Of a stretch of 64,000 bases of DNA, positions 58,901 through 64,000 are shown in pieces. Made by a program: the position numbers and the translations under genes. Every line of letters begins with the position of its first letter. Positions within the stretch are counted from its first letter, which is position 1. Under the pieces are notes generated by a model, which did not search any database, was not told the DNA's origin, and was given only the letters and a program-made list of their open reading frames with translations. Origin of the DNA: Eledone cirrhosa (lineage: Eukaryota); assembly GCA_964016885.1 (NCBI GenBank), contig OZ024744.1, positions 102,238,001-102,302,000 of the forward strand. Direction: 5' to 3'.

Positions 58901-59060
58901 ATTCTCGTCTGGCAGCAGGAGGTGAATTTATCTTTATCTGTGACATTGTCATTGAGTGTTCAGACTCTCCAAATTCCGCAGTCCATTTAGCAAACCGAAA
59001 AGTAACCAGGTCTAAACTTAAGGAGTAATAACTGAAGTGGTGGCTTTGCTATACAGATTG
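55980..59060 (-). mobile_element. RTE LINE family 3: near-full 5' end with a large internal deletion (about 56670-59060) plus a second 3' end (55980-56548)
   Basis: APE motifs GTMNVGTL, AYAPQ, GDLNGHVG, QIDYIL; RT C-half ORF 56793..57758; GRVT fused to ITEEFKTGCP. Confidence 0.92.
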
Positions 59061-60060
59061 GTAAGAAGAACTTACTATAAACCACTGAGTTATGATTGGA
59101 CAAAATAGCAATGGGGGGGGGGGGGTAACTTTAGGAGAAGGTTAGTTTTTAGGAAGGGTCCAACAGAATGAGGGATATACGGGATTGATAAAATAAAGTA
59201 CTAGTAATACACTGGGATAATTGCTGGCCTTGTGCCAAAAGTAGAAACAATTATTAAAAACATGTGAAATAGAAAAGGAAAATCTGAGAGAAAAAAGAGA
59301 TTAGATTCTAAACGGACATAACAGATTAAATATTACTGGCCAAATGGAAAAACAGACAAAAGTGGGTTGCTTACATTCTCAAATCGACAAGTTGGCAGCA
59401 AAGAGATTAGATAAATTCTGGCCTTAGAACCCTACAGAGTTTATTTTATATTTGCGGAGAGAAGAGGGGGGGGGTGTCAGTGAGAAGGTGTAAGCGTATA
59501 AACAATATGTGAGAGAGAGAGAGAGGGGAGGAAGATTCTAGAAATAAAATAATAATAACAATGGGGTAACTTTAGGAGAAGGTTAGTTTTCAGGAAGGAT
59601 CCAACAGAACGAGGCATATTATTTTTTTTAAAAAAATGAGTTATATGCTTTGTTGATTATTCAACAGAGTTATGTTCATAACAGATATGAAGCACTCTAC
59701 AGTAGAAATTTTATCTGGAGTATTATAATATTATTAATAGTAATAAATGGAAAATATCACTATAGCATCCTATATATTTTTATTATACGTATTTCAAGGA
59801 TGCTAAATTATAGTATGCTTTCATCAGATAAAATATAATTTTTGATGTATAAGATAGTGACATACCTGAAATATAAGCCTTTAACTTTGGCTTACAGTGG
59901 GCATGTCGTTGGACCATATATATATCAAAAGTAGAAAAAATTATATTCGAATCTCATATGAGAGTATAGATAGATATATGAGATTAAATGCTTGGCGTAA
60001 ACGTATTTAATAAACGTAACTTGATTCTCCTACTTTAAATCCTGATTATATATATATATA

Positions 60061-60836
60061 GTGGTGGAACACTGGAAGGTAATATCCGTAGTAGTAGAGC
60101 ACTCAGTCCATGGGACGAGTTAGGTAGAAGTGGTTACACAACAGTTAGTTCACCATACCGAGAACAATTGTTTCACCTTCGCGGATCTTCAGCTCGGGAT
60201 GTGTATAATTATAGGAACAGGAAGGACAACCGTACGAACGCGCATGCGCAGAAACTCGATCACTTCACACAGGCAATACTAGACTGCGTGCGGGAGGTGT
60301 AAGGGAGAACCACCAGTCTACCTTCAGATACCCGGACAGATGTTCATCCACGTATGGTCCCTCAAGGACTCAAGTCTAGGGTACTCCATTCAATGGAAAG
60401 CCATCACTAAGTCCAAGCCATACGCAAGGGGAAATCCGACGTCTGGCTTATGTATTGACGAACGAATAACTATCCTAAAGAGATTACACAATAGTGATTG
60501 CCTAAACACGAGGAGTGAATTTTTCACACGTTGTCCACACATCACCAAACATCTATTGCATAACTACAAGGCTCCAGATTGATTCTTTGTAATTTTATTT
60601 TAAATTTTTTAAAATTTTATTTACAACCTAAAAACTTTCTGGACTTTCGCAGTTATCTCCCTTACACCTCCTGCACGTAGTCTAGTATTGCCTGTGTGAA
60701 GTGACCGAGTTTCTGCGCATGCGCGTTCGTACGGTTGTCCTTCCTGTTCCTATAACCATACACATCCCGAGCTGAAGATCCGCGAAGGTGAAACAATTGT
60801 TCTCGGTATGGTGAACTAACTGTTGTGTAACCACTT
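60061..60836 (+). mobile_element. Penelope-like element remnant: GIY-YIG C-terminus between 181-bp inverted pseudo-LTRs, in (TA)n
   Basis: Arms 60128-60308/60656-60836 (5 mismatches); ORF 60340..60582, HVWSLKD..YSIQW....KPY...LCIDE...LNTRSE...CPH; hammerhead in each arm. Confidence 0.85.
60767..60806 (+). ncRNA. Minimal type-I hammerhead ribozyme (mirror copy at 60158-60197, minus)
   Basis: CCGAG-CTGAAGA-TCC(GCGAA)GGT-GAAA-CAATTG-TT-CTCGG; palindromic AACAATTGTT stem III. Confidence 0.78.
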
Positions 60837-60912
60837 ATATATATATATGGAATACTGTTAGCTTCTCGCTAAAACAATTTCTATACCTTTCATTTATATA
60901 TATATATATATT

Positions 60913-61172
60913 TAAAGGTAAAACAAGATTCAATGAATAAATCAAAGAATGAGTTTTACAATAGATTGGAAGCACTCAACAGAAGTGCTTTTCCGGAGTT
61001 ATTAATATTAATTCAAAATATTAACAAAAATAGACATTCGTGTGATCAAATATATTTTATTATACATATTTCAGAGGTACTGTTGAAGATAGCTCAGTAC
61101 CTCTGAAATATGTATAATAAAATATACTTGATCACATGAATGTCTATTTTTGTTAATATTTTGAATTAATAT
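60913..61172. mobile_element. Fold-back element (78-bp arms, 61005-61082/61095-61172); same family as 11601-12021, opposite orientation
   Basis: Inverted repeat with 2 mismatches; the tail is homologous to the reverse complement of 11920-11985. Confidence 0.7.
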
Positions 61173-61180
61173 ATATATAT

Positions 61181-61511
61181 GGAGGCACATGGCTTAGTGG
61201 TTAGAGCATTGGCCTTGCAATCAAAAGGTTGTGAGTTCAATTCTCAGACCGGGCAATGTGTTGTTTCCTTAAGCAAGACACTTTATCTCACATTGTTCCA
61301 GTTTACTCAGCTGTAGAAATGAGATGATAGGGACTGGGGTCCATATCATTCCACTGCAAAATGGACGTGGAGGTGCCACGGCAAAAAAGTACCCAGCACT
61401 CACTGTAAATGAGATTGGTGTTAGGAAGGGCATCCAGCTGTAGAAATCAAGCCAGAATCAGTTCCTGTCCCACCCTTGCAAGCAGGGAAAAAGTGGACGT
61501 AAAATGAATGA
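61181..61511 (+). mobile_element. tRNA-derived SINE family 1 (full length)
   Basis: Matches 28222-28570. Confidence 0.9.
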
Positions 61512-61522
61512 ATATATATATA

Positions 61523-61765
61523 AACAAAGTGAGAGTGAGGAGATACAGAGGAAGGTATAAACTTGACTGTCACCCCAAGTGGTTTCGGCTTGTGTTCAGC
61601 AAGCCTTTCAAAGGGTGTACACCCGTGCAAAGGCTTGCTGAACATAAGCCGAAACCACTTGGTATTGCAGTCAAGTTTTAACCTTCCTCTATATCCACTC
61701 TGCTTCTTCCGATGCATTCAGTATTCCCATATGTGGTCTACCTGGTCACTGCACCATAGGTTTTC
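61523..61765. mobile_element. Fold-back element (palindrome 61542-61695, zero spacer) with degenerate hammerhead arms
   Basis: Centre GGGTGT|ACACCC; each arm has GGCTTG..AAGCC-GAAA-CCACTTGG. Confidence 0.62.
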
Positions 61766-61869
61766 TCTTTCTCTCTCTATATATATTATACTGAGAATTG
61801 TGTTGGAACAATTGTAAAGGATTAAATGTTTTAAGAACTCTTATCTCAATTTGTTCATGTATGTGTGTT

Positions 61870-61903
<34 letters not shown>

Positions 61904-62021
61904 ATTGTTTCTACTTTAGGCACAAGGCCAGCAATTACCCATAATATATATATAATGTATACATAATATATATACACATAATGTATACATATATATTTCT
62001 ATACATGTGTATATATATATA

Positions 62022-62410
62022 TATGGTGGCTGCCAACTCGTTTTCGAGTACGGCCACTACTTTATATCCATGTAGGAGAACCCCTACCGAAGCGCTGAAC
62101 GAGTGTGACTTGAAAACTCTAGTACTTGAAAACTCTATACTTGTGACAATTATTGACACATAGTGCTGGGCCCTTGGTACCATGTGACGACAAGTACAAA
62201 GAGATCTCCAGATATAAAGCAATGAGTACCGTGAAGCTTTTATAGTGAGCAAAGGTACTGCACAAAGCCAGTCCCACTCTCTTAACCAAGATGATATTTA
62301 CCAAAAAGAAGAACAAGTCAACATCATTGGATACCATCAGGGTTGCAGGTGTTATATCAGAGTTTTCCTTCTCCTAGAATTCTGCCTTGACAAAGGCTAA
62401 GGGGTCATCT
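62022..62410 (-). mobile_element. RTE (BovB-like) LINE 3' fragment
   Basis: 3' end GGCAGCCACCAT; C2H2-like CTCRH...FSSTRVFKSH remnant. Confidence 0.55.
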
Positions 62411-62691
62411 CTCCCGGTGATTTTGGATGGCCATTGACTCATAAGAGCTCCTTTGCCATTTGACAGGTTTTGTTTTTAGTCCTGCAGGATGTCCAAAGTC
62501 ACCCTCCTCACCAAGAAACCTTGGTGGGGTTGCCAGTTTAGTCGCCAACGACCCGACCATGGGACAGGTTGTACTGGAATACATGTTACCAGTAGCACCA
62601 ACTGGTGACCTGACATCATCATCACCGTTTTATGTCCGTTCTTCCACGTTAGCATGGGTTGTGTGTATATATATACATATGTGTGTATATA

Positions 62692-62874
62692 TATAATTGT
62701 TTCTACTTTTGGCACAAGGCCAGCAAATACCCAGTACATTACTGGTACTTTATTTTATCGAACCCTTAAGGATGAAAGGCAAAGTTAACCTCGGCGGGAT
62801 TTGAACTCAGATCGTAAAGGGACGTAACTCCTTTCGTCAAAGCATGGCGTCCGACCCTCTACTGATACTGCCAA
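62692..62874 (-). mobile_element. SINE family 2 copy
   Basis: Reverse complement of the family consensus. Confidence 0.85.
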
Positions 62875-62880
62875 ATGTAT

Positions 62881-62916
<36 letters not shown>

Positions 62917-62968
62917 GTGTATATATATATATATGTGTGTGTATATATATACATGTGTGTGTGTGTAT

Positions 62969-63268
62969 ATCATCATCATTTTACATCCGCTTTTCCGTTT
63001 GCAAGGGTGGGACTGGAACTGATTCTGGTTTGATTTCTACAGCTGGATGCCCTTCCTAACACCAACCTCATTTACAGTGAGTGCTGGGTGCTTTTTTTCC
63101 GTGACGCCTACACGTCCACTTTACAGTGTGGGCTGGTGCTTTTTTGCCGTGGCACCTCCACGACCACTTTGCAGTGGAATGATAGGGACCCTAGTCCTAT
63201 CATCTCATTTCTACAGCTGAGTAAACTGGAGCAATGTGAAATAAAGTGTCTTGCTCAAGGAAACAACA
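62969..63268 (-). mobile_element. SINE family 1, 5'-truncated, with an extra 3'-UTR module
   Basis: Reverse complement of the SINE body and tail. Confidence 0.85.
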
Positions 63269-63448
63269 TATATATGTACATTACATATTTATATATGTAA
63301 TGTACACACACACACACATATATATATATATGTACATTACATATACATATATATGTACATTACATATATATATATATATACATGTATATATATATATGTA
63401 CAATATATATACATGTGTATATATATATATATGTGTACTTTATATGTG

Positions 63449-63483
<35 letters not shown>

Positions 63484-63933
63484 TCGCCAATTAAAAAATC
63501 AAATCAAATTACATGCATGCACAACAATAATTAATTTAGTTACGAAAAACAATTGAAAATTTCTTAATCATTCGTGTGTACAAAACTGTATTTTCTTTTT
63601 TTTTGTTTTGTTTAGATTTTCTTATAATAATCGAAAGTTAAGATAAAATAGTAGCGAATTTACTATATATACATATATATATATATTATCAGATTTGGTA
63701 AAGATTTAACTGATAAATATAAGCCCGCCACTCCATTCTAAAGTGGAATTTAAGAGTAAGCAATTAGCTATTATTATTTTATACAGTAAGAAAGTATAAG
63801 TGAGTGAGTGCGTGTAAGAGATACGAAACGGTGACTGTTTTTTATTAAAGAAAAGGCGGAAAAAAGATATTTAAAAGGCTGTATGTAAGCAATGCTATCC
63901 CACAGTGCAGTTTGTTACATGTGAACGCTAGCC

Positions 63934-63968
63934 ATGGCGTCAAGGTTTCAGGTTGGAGATCTCGTATG
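63934..63968 (+). CDS. First coding exon of a PWWP-domain protein (GLYR1/NPAC-like), MASRFQVGDLVW
   Basis: Kozak GCCATGG; F.VGDLVW is the PWWP start; Trp codon split TG|gtatgt as in GLYR1 exon 1. Confidence 0.7.
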
Positions 63969-64000
63969 GTATGTTTAGTTAAATTGTTTATACTTTCCTT

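Noticed and set aside
60128-61172. All arm-to-arm mismatches in these two palindromes are A/G transitions (possible fossil ADAR editing)
   Set aside because: Only seven sites, bidirectional, partly at CpG; ordinary transition bias suffices

Overview
AT-rich, repeat-saturated animal genomic DNA. The SINE/LINE/microsatellite repertoire suggests a coleoid cephalopod, probably Octopus (inference). Host genes: (1) a minus-strand sirtuin-2-like gene. I rebuilt it by hand from 9 short GT-AG exons with consistent phases (about 52093 down to 4371); it continues past the left edge and has unusual substitutions in the NAD-binding motifs. (2) At the right edge, the first coding exon of a plus-strand PWWP-domain gene (GLYR1/NPAC-like). 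Introns and intergenic DNA contain: three minisatellites; large (TA/CA)n fields; many RTE-clade LINE copies, several with a PHD finger inside the RT; CR1, CRE-like and R4/Dong-like fragments; a decayed hAT transposon; piggyBac-type and mariner-type MITEs; two SINE families; a solo LTR; and a 2.7-kb non-autonomous LTR element. The most striking hidden pattern is a set of small fold-back (inverted-repeat) elements inserted in (TA)n tracts that carry minimal type-I hammerhead ribozymes, including a U3-A8 covariant core. One still holds the C-terminus of a Penelope-like GIY-YIG endonuclease. All calls were made by eye, without database searches.
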